From Chitinophagales bacterium (GTDB lineage Bacteria > Bacteroidota > Bacteroidia > Chitinophagales > JADIYW01), in the NCBI GenBank assembly GCA_023957245.1, contig JAMLHJ010000014.1, positions 16,248-80,247 on the forward strand: a stretch of DNA of 64,000 bases, read 5' to 3'. The position numbers and the translations under genes were made by a program. Numbering within the stretch: the stretch's first letter is position 1; every line of letters begins with the position of its first letter. Positions 18,836-27,764 of the stretch are shown here, piece after piece. The notes below the pieces were generated by a model. That model was not told where the DNA came from. It saw only the letters and a program-made list of their open reading frames with translations, and did no database searches.

Positions 18836-19486
18836 CTAGACATAAATCCACATCAGCACTGGTTTAGAGCTATGTCTGAGCATCGGATCTATTGTGCGAA
18901 AAGCATCATTAGAAACAGCTGGACAACCCCATCCTTCTGAGACACCTCTTGGATATACTTCTCTATTTGGAATAATATCCCACGAATGAAAAACGATAGT
19001 TCGCCTCAATGCATTATTATTGGATGGCTCAAGTCCATGCATGAGATATTTGACATTAATTCCCCAATTACTATAACCTCGTTCACCGATTTTATATTTC
19101 CCCAATGAAGTAAGGTGACTACCATCGGAATTACTAAACATTGGATTCTCTCTCGAAAAATCCAAACCCCAAGGGCTTTCACCACAACCATGACTCACCA
19201 AAAAGCTATACATTATTGATTCGTTATTAAAATCCCAGATATAAAATCTTTTTAAGCCAGAATGCTCGCCCATATTAATCAATATGCAAAAGTCAGTATT
19301 ATATCCCTTAGTTTTACAAAATCTCAACGCTTCATTTCCTTTATTCTGAAGAGCTTCTATTTTAGCTGCTTGAATACGTTTTTCTTCCAAAATACTTTCT
19401 TCCGAGGTACAACTACCTATAAACAGACTACTAGTCAAAAGTAAAAAAATAAAAAATGGAGATATTTTAAAACAGTATTTATTCAT
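18836..19486 (-). CDS. Murein L,D-transpeptidase catalytic-domain family protein (YkuD_2-like)
   Basis: Start placed at MNKYCFK (signal peptide), not at the upstream extension in the ORF track. Motifs VSHGCGES, FSNSDGSHLTSLGKY, IVFHSW and GWGCPAVS. Confidence 0.7.
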   Translation of the reverse strand: MNKYCFKISPFFIFLLLTSSLFIGSCTSEESILEEKRIQAAKIEALQNKGNEALRFCKTKGYNTDFCILINMGEHSGLKRFYIWDFNNESIMYSFLVSHGCGESPWGLDFSRENPMFSNSDGSHLTSLGKYKIGERGYSNWGINVKYLMHGLEPSNNNALRRTIVFHSWDIIPNREVYPRGVSEGWGCPAVSNDAFRTIDPMLRHSSKPVLMWIYV

Positions 19487-19679
19487 TTTCTTTAGTGGAA
19501 GTTTAATACTCGTAAGATAAGAATTGATTGAGAATATTTCATTAAATAATAGATATATACATTCAAGAACTACAAACGAATTAATATTTATTAATATTTT
19601 TTTTAATGCATTGTGTAAAAAATACAGTGGTTCAACATCTTCACACTTTCTCATTAATTCATTATCAAGCTATTACACA

Positions 19680-19965
19680 AAAGACACGAAGAAGGCACAA
19701 AAAACACTAAGAAAATACTTTGTGAAATTCTGGACTACTTTGTGAAACTTAGCGTAAAACTTAGTGACCTTTGCGGTTAAATTCTGGATAGTATCAGCTA
19801 TTTCTTCAAAACTCGACTTCGTCTCAAACAGTTGAAGAAGTTACGCTTTCTTCATATAGTGGATGCCTAGCTTCAAAATCTATGGTGCAGGACGCATTCG
19901 CAACGTGTAATACTATCTATCACTCTGTGAACTTTGTGTAGAATCTTTGTGTGCTTTGTGGTAAA
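19680..19965. repeat. Non-coding block of short CACAAAG/CTTTGTG-type repeats
   Basis: Left block: cacaaaag, cacgaag, gcacaaaaa, cactaag, then ctttgtgaaa x2, cttagcg, cttagtg, ctttgcgg at about 10-nt phasing. Right block (19923-19962): ctctgtga, ctttgtgta, ctttgtgtg, ctttgtggt. Confidence 0.6.
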
Positions 19966-20016
19966 AAACACTATCGTCCTAAACTCATTTCAAGATCTCT
20001 TTTAACAGAACAAAAT

Positions 20017-20042
20017 AAGGGTGAACTTTACAATTCACCCTT
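20017..20042 (-). terminator. Hairpin terminator downstream of dnaJ
   Basis: aagggtgaa / ttcaccctt perfect 9-bp stem, with a T-rich tail on the minus strand. Confidence 0.65.
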
Positions 20043-20075
20043 CAATTAAATATTGTTGAAAAATCTAAATTTTAC

Positions 20076-21227
20076 TTATTTGAAGAAATCAAAAAAGCTA
20101 CCGCTTCCTTTCTTTTCTTTCACAGTTCCTGGATTAAAATTTGGAGACTCTCTTAATTTTTCCAACAAACTTTCTTCTTCAGATGTCAATTCTGTAGGTG
20201 TAAATACTTTAACTTCAATGATTTCGTCACCTCTACCATATCCATTAATATTTGGAAAACCTTTACCTTGTAATCTAAATAACTTTCCACTCTGTGTACC
20301 TTTAGGCACTTTTATTTTTGCTTTACCTGATATAGTAGGGACTTCCACAGATGTACCTAAGGCAGCATCAGCGATATTGAGATATAATTCATGGACAACA
20401 TCAATACCTTCACGTCTTAATTCTGGATGCTCAATTTCATCAACTGTAATCAATAAATCTCCAGCATAACCTCCACGAACTCCAGCATTTCCTTTGCCAT
20501 TCATAGATAACTGAATCCCTTCTGTCACACCAGCTGGAATATCTATCGTAACAACATCTTCGCTATAGATACGTCCTTCACCTCTACATTTTGTACATTT
20601 TGCAGTGATAATTTTCCCTTCACCTTCACAAGTAGGACATGCTTGAGTTGTTGCCATTTGTCCTAAAAAGGTATTAGTCACTTTACGCACAGAACCTTGA
20701 CCATGACATGTCGTACAAGTTTGATAGCTACTACTATCTTTAGCACCTGAACCATGACAAGCATCGCAAGTAACATGTTTCTTAACTTTTATCTTTTTCT
20801 GAACACCATTGGCAATTTCTTCAAAATTAAGTTTGACTTTCACACGAATATTGCTCCCACGTTGTCCTCTACCTCTTTCTGTTCTACGACCTCCGCCACC
20901 AAAAAATCCTTCAAAAGGACTTCCTTGACCAAAAATATCTCCAAATTGGGAAAAAATATCGTCCATATTCATTCCGCCACCGCCACCGAATCCTCCAGAA
21001 GCACCCATACCTGCATGTCCAAACCTATCATATTGAGCACGTTTTTGTTCGTTGCTCAATACATCATAAGCTTCAGCAGCTTCTTTAAATTTCTCCTCAG
21101 CTTCTTTATCATCAGGATTCTTATCAGGATGATATTGCATCGCTAATTTTCTATATGCCTTTTTCATTTCATCAGCAGTCGCAGATTTGCTGACTCCTAA
21201 TACTTCATAGTAATCTCTTTTTGACAT
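20076..21227 (-). CDS. dnaJ: Molecular chaperone DnaJ
   Basis: J-domain HPDKN, G/F-rich linker and four CxxCxGxG zinc-finger repeats. Confidence 0.97.
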   Translation of the reverse strand: MSKRDYYEVLGVSKSATADEMKKAYRKLAMQYHPDKNPDDKEAEEKFKEAAEAYDVLSNEQKRAQYDRFGHAGMGASGGFGGGGGMNMDDIFSQFGDIFGQGSPFEGFFGGGGRRTERGRGQRGSNIRVKVKLNFEEIANGVQKKIKVKKHVTCDACHGSGAKDSSSYQTCTTCHGQGSVRKVTNTFLGQMATTQACPTCEGEGKIITAKCTKCRGEGRIYSEDVVTIDIPAGVTEGIQLSMNGKGNAGVRGGYAGDLLITVDEIEHPELRREGIDVVHELYLNIADAALGTSVEVPTISGKAKIKVPKGTQSGKLFRLQGKGFPNINGYGRGDEIIEVKVFTPTELTSEEESLLEKLRESPNFNPGTVKEKKGSGSFFDFFK

Positions 21228-21229
21228 TT

Positions 21230-21817
21230 TTATTTACTTACAACTACTTTAGGAAATCTTATTATCTTATCGTTTAAGACATAACCTTTTTCAGCCACAT
21301 CAAAAACTTTCCCTTTATGTTCTTCAGAAGGTGCAGGAAATTCAGCTACTGCTTCATGCTTATCTGCATCAAATATTTCACCTAATACTTCCATTTCTTT
21401 CAATCCTTTAGAAGATAAATTCCTAACCAATTTCTCTTTTATCAATGTGAAACCTTCTTTTACAGCTTCAACATCTGAAGCATTTTGAACAGCCTTCTCT
21501 GCTCTATCCAAATCATCTAAAACTGGCAATAAATCTTGCAAAATATCTTGCCCCGCAACTAATCTTGCTTCGATTTTTTCTTTTGCAATTCTTTTGCGAT
21601 AATTATCAAACTCAGCCACCAAACGAATATATTTATCATTGACTTCGTTTAATGTTGCTTGAATTTTATCCATTGTATTCTCTTCTGCCTCTTTGTCAGT
21701 ATCAATATCATTAGGAATAGTATCTGTATCCAGATTATCAGTCCCAATATTCACATTTTCTTGTTCTAGGCTATCTTCGATATTATTTTTCACTGTATTC
21801 TCCTTGTGTGCCATCAC
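21230..21817 (-). CDS. grpE: Nucleotide exchange factor GrpE
   Basis: 195 aa. Coiled-coil region plus C-terminal GrpE signature (HEAV...[16 protein letters not shown]). 2 nt upstream of dnaJ. Confidence 0.9.
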   Translation of the reverse strand: MMAHKENTVKNNIEDSLEQENVNIGTDNLDTDTIPNDIDTDKEAEENTMDKIQATLNEVNDKYIRLVAEFDNYRKRIAKEKIEARLVAGQDILQDLLPVLDDLDRAEKAVQNASDVEAVKEGFTLIKEKLVRNLSSKGLKEMEVLGEIFDADKHEAVAEFPAPSEEHKGKVFDVAEKGYVLNDKIIRFPKVVVSK

Positions 21818-21893
21818 CTTAAAATTTATCAGATGATAGTTTCAAATGTCTTGCCAATAGCATATTATGGACAAAATGACACGATTACAGCTA

Positions 21894-22436
21894 TTATTTA
21901 GACAATCTTTCCTCTAAAAACGCATTAACTGCATCTGTTGAAGGATTAATCATCAAAATATTCCCATCTGGGTCTAGCAAAATAGTCGTAGGAATGGCTC
22001 TCACTCCATAATCACTAGTAGCCTGACCATTCCAAAATTTCAAGTCGCTGGTATGATTGGACCACTCCAATTGGTCATTGGCAATGGCATCTACCCATGC
22101 TTCTTTATATCTATCCAATGAATAACTATAAATAGTAAATCCATTTTTGTTGTTGTCAAATTTCTTGTCTTTATATGTTCTATATATCCTCACTAATTCA
22201 GGATTTTTTCTTCTGCAAGGACCACACCATGATGCCCAAAAATCCAAAAGTACATAATTACCTTTCAGTTCTGAAAGCTTAATCACCTTGCCTTCAGGTG
22301 ATGGGAAAGCTATCTCTGGTGCTGGCGAACCCAATTTTACACCACGACTTTGAGCATGTAAAAAGCTAGCACTTAACGTAGTACCACAAATAAGAATTAT
22401 AGCAAAAAATAATTTATTCATTCTGTTTATTTTCAA
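21894..22436 (-). CDS. TlpA/AhpC-TSA-family periplasmic thioredoxin-like protein
   Basis: Signal peptide and WASWCGPC active site. Confidence 0.8.
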   Translation of the reverse strand: MKINRMNKLFFAIILICGTTLSASFLHAQSRGVKLGSPAPEIAFPSPEGKVIKLSELKGNYVLLDFWASWCGPCRRKNPELVRIYRTYKDKKFDNNKNGFTIYSYSLDRYKEAWVDAIANDQLEWSNHTSDLKFWNGQATSDYGVRAIPTTILLDPDGNILMINPSTDAVNAFLEERLSK

Positions 22437-22461
22437 TGTTTTTCAGTCAACTAATCTACAA

Positions 22462-23169
22462 TTATTTATTTTTTTGAGAAACAGCAGTCTTCTTTTTCTT
22501 TTTAATTTCATAGTGATATTCAATCTCAAAAGTATGTCCATTCTCAGGTTTTTTCTTATTCCATTCATGTTGATAATAATAACCGATAGCGAAAGTGTGT
22601 CTCTTTTTTAGCTCATAATCCAAATTTGTGCCATATCTCATACTATAGAAACGAGAATCACCTTTTTCTAGTTTTAAAAAATTCTCGGTATAGGCAGAAA
22701 CATCCCATTGTTTGGAGATGCGATATTCGTACTTCAATTTATTTCGCCACACCCATGAAGGGTCTTCAACTTTCCAATAATCTATATCCAGATAGTCAGA
22801 AGTAAAATTAAAAGAAGATTTCCATTGATATTGATGCTTCTTATTGGTCGTATTTTTCTTGGCTGACCAACCCCAAGCCCAACGATGTGAATCTTTTTTA
22901 TATGAAGTTCTGAAGCGGTATTCCAAATTCAATTTCAACCATTTCAACACATCATAATCCACTCCTAATGTAAAATTACTTTTACTAAAGGTGCTCATGT
23001 TTTGGTCTAAATCCAATCTGTAAGAAGTATAAAGCCCTAAAGTTTTTATAGGAGAATAGGAAACGCCAATACTCGGTCTTAATCTAGTATCAGTTTCTTG
23101 TGCTGTTACTGAAAAACCAAAAAATAAAAAACCGAAAAGCAATATTATCCATCTGTTACTCATCTTCAT
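22462..23169 (-). CDS. DUF2490-like outer-membrane beta-barrel protein
   Basis: 235 aa. Signal peptide. Alternating aromatic/polar beta-strand pattern rich in Y and W. Confidence 0.6.
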   Translation of the reverse strand: MKMSNRWIILLFGFLFFGFSVTAQETDTRLRPSIGVSYSPIKTLGLYTSYRLDLDQNMSTFSKSNFTLGVDYDVLKWLKLNLEYRFRTSYKKDSHRWAWGWSAKKNTTNKKHQYQWKSSFNFTSDYLDIDYWKVEDPSWVWRNKLKYEYRISKQWDVSAYTENFLKLEKGDSRFYSMRYGTNLDYELKKRHTFAIGYYYQHEWNKKKPENGHTFEIEYHYEIKKKKKTAVSQKNK

Positions 23170-23179
23170 TTCCTAGAAT

Positions 23180-23818
23180 TTAATCATCTGCACCTCCGCT
23201 TACTGTCTTATTTTCATTTTCTAGTGCATAATAAAAAACATAAATATTAGCAGTGTCTCTTAAAAAGTTAATACTTGTAATTTCTATTCTATGAATAGGC
23301 AAACCTGTCCTCAATTTTAAATCTGCTAGCATTTCAACTCTCCTCTCAGGAACAATCAAATCTATCCGTTCATACACGACTTCTTTCATATTTTCATGTG
23401 AAAGGTGCATGAATTTATCCAAAAGCAAGGTCGCTCCTATCACCAGTATATTGCAAAAAATAATAATGGCGAAAAACTTTCCAGGAACTGCCAATGCATT
23501 GATAATACCTAAAGTTAATGATGCAAACAAATACCCCATCTCTTTAATGGGTACAGTTACTGTCCTATATCTAATGAAACTGAATATGGCAAATAACCCG
23601 AAAGCAAACCCCATTTCAATTGTTGCAGTAGTCAACAATGCACATATTAAAAATATCAACAAATTGAATAACGCAAATGTGAAAAGGAAATCTTTATTCT
23701 TATGGGTATTGTAATAAATTAATCTTACTAATATAAAGGAAGCTAATATATCAATTATCAATCTCAAAATCAACACTTGATTGTCCCAATCGAATAATTC
23801 TGTTAAATCTAAATTCAT
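23180..23818 (-). CDS. DUF4956-like polytopic inner-membrane protein
   Basis: 212 aa with four hydrophobic segments followed by a soluble tail. N-terminus LILRLIIDILASFILVRLIYY is typical of the family that pairs with VTC-domain proteins. Confidence 0.65.
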   Translation of the reverse strand: MNLDLTELFDWDNQVLILRLIIDILASFILVRLIYYNTHKNKDFLFTFALFNLLIFLICALLTTATIEMGFAFGLFAIFSFIRYRTVTVPIKEMGYLFASLTLGIINALAVPGKFFAIIIFCNILVIGATLLLDKFMHLSHENMKEVVYERIDLIVPERRVEMLADLKLRTGLPIHRIEITSINFLRDTANIYVFYYALENENKTVSGGADD

Positions 23819-23836
23819 GCTATTTTTAAAAACTAC

Positions 23837-24589
23837 TTATGAATAAATGGGTTGGTAATCTTTTACTTTTAATATCTGAGGTTTAAAAAGATTTTTTTTA
23901 GGATGCAAATCTAATAAAACAACTCCCATCACATACTTACTAAAACTACTTGGGTAAACTCTCATTTTCTTGAGCAGTTGAACTATCGGACTCAATACAT
24001 TGTATTTTGGTTGCTTCAATTCTAATATCACTAATTCGGATAAATTTACACTTTTAAGCTCAGTATTCAATTGGATATTAAAATCAATAGTTACCCGTTC
24101 ATTTAAAGCAATATTTGCCAATGTAATACGACTAAATGTATTGACCAATTTCTTTTCCAATGGCATACCTTCCAGCTTGGGATAAGTGACCTTTTTGTAT
24201 TCTTCTGTTGAGAGATATTCATCCATTTGTTGAATTCCCCATCTTGCCTTATCGGTTTGCTGTCCAGCTAGCTTCTTTTTCACTTCATAGAATTTCACTC
24301 CAGTATTTAGATATTCTCTTTTGCGAACTTTCATTCTATGTGTATATCCATTGTGATGATCTAAATAAAATTGAAAATTGGGCGTATCAAAATATACTGT
24401 GTAATATTCAAAAATACGTTTCCCATTGATTTCCAATATCTGATAATCAGAAAATATATTTGACAATAAAAACTCTAATTGGTGTATGCTGAGAATAAAT
24501 TTTGTATCATATCTCTTAATCAGCGCCACCTTATCCAGCTCTTTCAATGACAAAGCCTCAAAATCATTTATCAAATGAGAAATAGACAT
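23837..24589 (-). CDS. VTC-domain (polyphosphate polymerase domain, CYTH/TTM-like) protein
   Basis: 250 aa, no signal peptide. RYDTKF, YYTVYFDTP, RMKVRKREY and FYEVKKK, alternating basic beta-strands typical of the Vtc4-type tunnel fold. Confidence 0.7.
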   Translation of the reverse strand: MSISHLINDFEALSLKELDKVALIKRYDTKFILSIHQLEFLLSNIFSDYQILEINGKRIFEYYTVYFDTPNFQFYLDHHNGYTHRMKVRKREYLNTGVKFYEVKKKLAGQQTDKARWGIQQMDEYLSTEEYKKVTYPKLEGMPLEKKLVNTFSRITLANIALNERVTIDFNIQLNTELKSVNLSELVILELKQPKYNVLSPIVQLLKKMRVYPSSFSKYVMGVVLLDLHPKKNLFKPQILKVKDYQPIYS

Positions 24590-24592
24590 TTA

Positions 24593-24985
24593 TTAAATAT
24601 TTATTTCAAAAACAGGCAATTCAACCTTTGATTTCTTTCCACTAATATTTACTTCTTGAATAACGGCTTCCACGCCATTGGGACAAGCTTTACAATCTGA
24701 ATATACCCACACTTCATAATCTCCTTTTCTCAATTGACTGAATTGAAAAGAACCATCATAAATTGTCCTTATTCTATCAATGATTTCTTTATCATCTTTC
24801 GCTTTAATATATACTTCAATATCACCAGCATATCCTTCAGATAATAAATCTCCAGAATTGCTATAATCATGAGCATATACACGTCCCGAAACACTCGCCA
24901 AACCACCATATCCTTCTTCTTTTTCACAGGATATGAGTGTCAATAATACAGCTAAGCCAACAACAGAAGAAAACCTTTTAATCAC
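24593..24985 (-). CDS. Small lipoprotein with a carboxypeptidase-regulatory-like beta-sandwich signature
   Basis: 130 aa. Lipobox LISC. GRVY...GSFQFSQLRKGDYEVWV resembles CarboxypepD_reg domains. Confidence 0.5.
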   Translation of the reverse strand: MIKRFSSVVGLAVLLTLISCEKEEGYGGLASVSGRVYAHDYSNSGDLLSEGYAGDIEVYIKAKDDKEIIDRIRTIYDGSFQFSQLRKGDYEVWVYSDCKACPNGVEAVIQEVNISGKKSKVELPVFEINI

Positions 24986-25005
24986 AATAACATTTATAAA
25001 AATTA

Positions 25006-25035
25006 AAAAAGGAAGCTATAAAAATAACTTCCTTT
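25006..25035 (-). terminator. Hairpin terminator downstream of the saccharopine-dehydrogenase-family gene
   Basis: aaaaggaag / cttcctttt stem, with a T-run on the minus strand. Confidence 0.55.
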
Positions 25036-25096
25036 TAAAAATATATATTTTTTGGGAAATTTAGTATTAAAAAGAAATTTACTTCCCAAATCTTTC

Positions 25097-26305
25097 TTAC
25101 TCGGCTGGATATTCGTGAGGCAAATCAATATTTACTGCTTCTTGCCAAGGTAAACCATATTTGCCAATTTGTGCCATAAATGGATCTGGGTCCATCTCTT
25201 CGCAATTATATACTCCAGCTTGGTTCCATACTCCTTCCATCATCAATTTTGCTCCCAACATTGCAGGAACGCCTGTTGTATAAGATACTCCCTGCGCTTT
25301 TGCATCTTTATAAGCATCTTGATGCAAACAATTATTCCAAATATAGTAGGTTTTTTCTTGACCGTTTTTAATTCCTTTTATATGAATACCAATAGAAGTT
25401 TCACCTGTATAATTTTCTCCTAAGCTACCAGGTTCAGGCAATAAAGCTTTCAAAAACTCCAATGGAATAATATCTTGTCCTTGAAATTTAATCGGTTCGA
25501 TACTTGTCATGCCCACATTTTGAAGTACTTGAAGATGAGTAATATATTGCTGACCAAAAGTCATCCAAAATCTTGCTCTCTTGATAGTAGGGAAATTTTT
25601 TACTAAAGATTCCAATTCTTCATGGTACAATAAATAAGATTCTTTAGGACCGATATTTGGATAGTCGATAGGTTTATGAATAGACATAGGGTCGATTTCT
25701 ACCCATTCTCCATTTTCCCAATATTTTCCTTTCTGAGTAATCTCTCTGATATTGATTTCGGGGTTGAAGTTGGTAGCAAATGCTTGTCCGTGATCTCCAG
25801 CATTACAATCAACAATATCTATATAATGAATTTCATCAAAATGATGTTTGGCAGCATGAGCAACATAAATCTGTGTCTGTCCAGGATCAAAACCACAACC
25901 CAAAAGTGCCATTATTCCTTTTTCCTTAAATCTTTCTTGATATGCCCATTGCCAGCTATACTCAAATTTAGCTACTTCTTTAGGTTCATAGTTGGCAGTA
26001 TCCAAATAATTGACACCTGTTTCCAAACAAGCATCCATAATCGGCAAATCCTGATAAGGAAGAGCAACATTTATCACTAGTTCGGGCTGGAAACTTCTAA
26101 TCAAATCAGCTACTTGTTTGGCATCATCAGCATCTACTTGTGCCGTCTTGATATTTGCACCTGGAATATCATTGGCAATAGCATCACACTTTGACTTCGT
26201 ACGACTAGCCAACAAAATTTCTGAAAAAACTTCCGGTATTGCTGCGCATTTACGTACAACAACATTTCCTACGCCACCGGCACCGATAATGAGTACTTTT
26301 CCCAT
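25097..26305 (-). CDS. Saccharopine dehydrogenase family protein (probable carboxynorspermidine synthase)
   Basis: 402 aa. N-terminal Rossmann MGKVLIIGAGGVGNVV. Length and conserved blocks are typical of carboxy(nor)spermidine dehydrogenases. Confidence 0.75.
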   Translation of the reverse strand: MGKVLIIGAGGVGNVVVRKCAAIPEVFSEILLASRTKSKCDAIANDIPGANIKTAQVDADDAKQVADLIRSFQPELVINVALPYQDLPIMDACLETGVNYLDTANYEPKEVAKFEYSWQWAYQERFKEKGIMALLGCGFDPGQTQIYVAHAAKHHFDEIHYIDIVDCNAGDHGQAFATNFNPEINIREITQKGKYWENGEWVEIDPMSIHKPIDYPNIGPKESYLLYHEELESLVKNFPTIKRARFWMTFGQQYITHLQVLQNVGMTSIEPIKFQGQDIIPLEFLKALLPEPGSLGENYTGETSIGIHIKGIKNGQEKTYYIWNNCLHQDAYKDAKAQGVSYTTGVPAMLGAKLMMEGVWNQAGVYNCEEMDPDPFMAQIGKYGLPWQEAVNIDLPHEYPAE

Positions 26306-26416
26306 TCTAAAAATTTAGTTTTACAAAATGAACTACAAAAGTACATGATTTTTTATCTATTGGTCAATAGTAAAAATTAAAATGTATTAAATCGATAAAA
26401 TCTCTTGACTTCCAAT

Positions 26417-26848
26417 TTATCCCTCCTGACATTCAGAGCATATACCTTGTACCAATAAATTAACTTGATGAATTGTAAAACCTTTCAATACAGGCAAGTG
26501 TGGGATTTCCATATCATGAAAACAAATCACTTTGGAGCAAACTTCACATTTGAAATGTATGTGATTGTCATTATGCTGATGCTCATTGCAATTGTGCTTA
26601 CATAATGCAAATTTTGCCACTCCTGAATCATCAAATACCTTGTGAAGTAATCCTTTTTCAAGAAAGCTGTTCAATGTACGATAGATTGTCACTCTATCAT
26701 ATTCTTTTGTTAATCGAGCTTCAATATCTGCATGTGACCAGGCTACATCTTTTTCAACAAAACAGTACAATACCTTTTTTCTCACATCTGTGATACGTAA
26801 ACTGTGTTTTTTTAAAAGATTTTCTACCATTTCTAAATAATTTTTCAT
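26417..26848 (-). CDS. Fur-family metal-responsive transcriptional regulator
   Basis: 143 aa. Winged helix (RVTIYRTLNSFLEKGLL), H-rich metal site HNCNEHQHNDNHIHFKCEVC and C-terminal CSEC. Confidence 0.8.
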   Translation of the reverse strand: MKNYLEMVENLLKKHSLRITDVRKKVLYCFVEKDVAWSHADIEARLTKEYDRVTIYRTLNSFLEKGLLHKVFDDSGVAKFALCKHNCNEHQHNDNHIHFKCEVCSKVICFHDMEIPHLPVLKGFTIHQVNLLVQGICSECQEG

Positions 26849-26856
26849 TTAAAATA

Positions 26857-26871
26857 TGCAACACTGTTGCA
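26857..26871. promoter_or_regulatory. Perfect palindrome TGCAAC-ACT-GTTGCA in the fur/merC-like divergent region (candidate operator)
   Basis: 6-3-6 inverted repeat. It abuts the exact -7 box of the fur-like gene (TAAATTTG on the minus strand, 26870-26877) and lies 8 nt from the merC-like -7 box (TATTTTTG, 26879-26886). Confidence 0.4.
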
Positions 26872-26903
26872 AATTTAATATTTTTGCATCTGAAATCATT
26901 ATC

Positions 26904-27287
26904 ATGAGCAAATCTAACCATAATCATTCGCATAAAATAGGTAAAATCAGTACTGTCTTATCTATATTATGTGCTATACATTGTGCTGCCACTCCTATTC
27001 TAGTCATCTTTCTTCCGTTTTTAGGAAGTCATGGCTCTGATTGGTTTGAGATTGCTATGATAATATTTATTATCATTTTGGGAGGGTCTTCATTACAACA
27101 TAGTTATAAAGGTCATCACCAAAACATATTTCCAGCTATTTATTTTGGCATAGGAGTCACATTAATGGTGATAGGCTTATTTTTACATTCAGATGAATTG
27201 ACTACAATACATACTATCGTAATGGTAACAGGTGGAATTTTTAGTGCTATCGGTCAGATATACAATTTAAAACTCAGTCATTTTTAA
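26904..27287 (+). CDS. MerC-family membrane protein
   Basis: Start placed at MSKSNHNHSH. Four TM segments with the CAIHCAATP cysteine pair typical of MerC-domain proteins. Divergent from the Fur-family gene. Confidence 0.65.
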   Translation: MSKSNHNHSHKIGKISTVLSILCAIHCAATPILVIFLPFLGSHGSDWFEIAMIIFIIILGGSSLQHSYKGHHQNIFPAIYFGIGVTLMVIGLFLHSDELTTIHTIVMVTGGIFSAIGQIYNLKLSHF

Positions 27288-27360
27288 TGATGGTCAATCA
27301 CTTCACCACTCAAAATTCTATTCCTCGCTCGTGCATAAAAAAGTTGTTTATATTTATAAC

Positions 27361-27568
27361 ATAAGTCGAAAGTATAAATTCCACGAAAAGGAAGGTGCTT
27401 ATTTTATCAGCTTTGCTGTAATCGCTTGGATAGATGTATTTACAAGAATAGACTACTTTTCTATTTTGATTGAACCCTAGATGATTGCAAAAAAATAAAG
27501 GATTGATCATTTTTGCATATTGTATCATGACGAGTTATGTCCATTTGATTTTTTGTTCATCAATTTGA
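27361..27568 (+). pseudogene. Decayed N-terminal fragment of an IS200-like Y1 (HUH) transposase, copy 1
   Basis: Frame 1 reads ISRKYKFHEKEGAYFISFAVIAWIDVFTRIDYFSILIEP*, with ATA in place of ATG. A shifted frame reads IFAYCIMTSYVHLIF, a degenerate HUH motif. The catalytic-Tyr half is absent. Confidence 0.7.
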
Positions 27569-27575
27569 CAAGTTA

Positions 27576-27604
27576 GCACGAGCGAGACGCTTGCGCAAAC
27601 GGGG
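27576..27604 (+). repeat. REP-like GC-rich hairpin element
   Basis: gcacgagcgagacgcttgcgcaaacgggg. Stem gagcg/cgctc extends to about 9 bp. One of six related copies. Confidence 0.7.
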
Positions 27605-27725
27605 AGAAAACCCAGTTAAGTCTGGATTTGTAGTAGCATCATATGAATAAAAGTATAGTAATGCCAGAAATTATATTGATGGGATGGGAACCTATCTAGA
27701 AATCAACATTATTTAATAGGTTAAT

Positions 27726-27753
27726 GCACGAGCGAGACGCTCGCGCAAACGGG
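27726..27753 (+). repeat. REP-like GC-rich hairpin element
   Basis: gcacgagcgagacgctcgcgcaaacggg, just downstream of the parE stop. Confidence 0.7.
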
Positions 27754-27764
27754 CTGTTGTTTTT

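Noticed and set aside
27310-27528. 72-aa minus-strand ORF from the ORF track.
   Set aside because: It is antisense to the transposase fragment. The plus-strand translation gives the recognisable YFISFAVIAWIDVFTR and CIM..H.HL blocks, so the minus-strand ORF is fortuitous.
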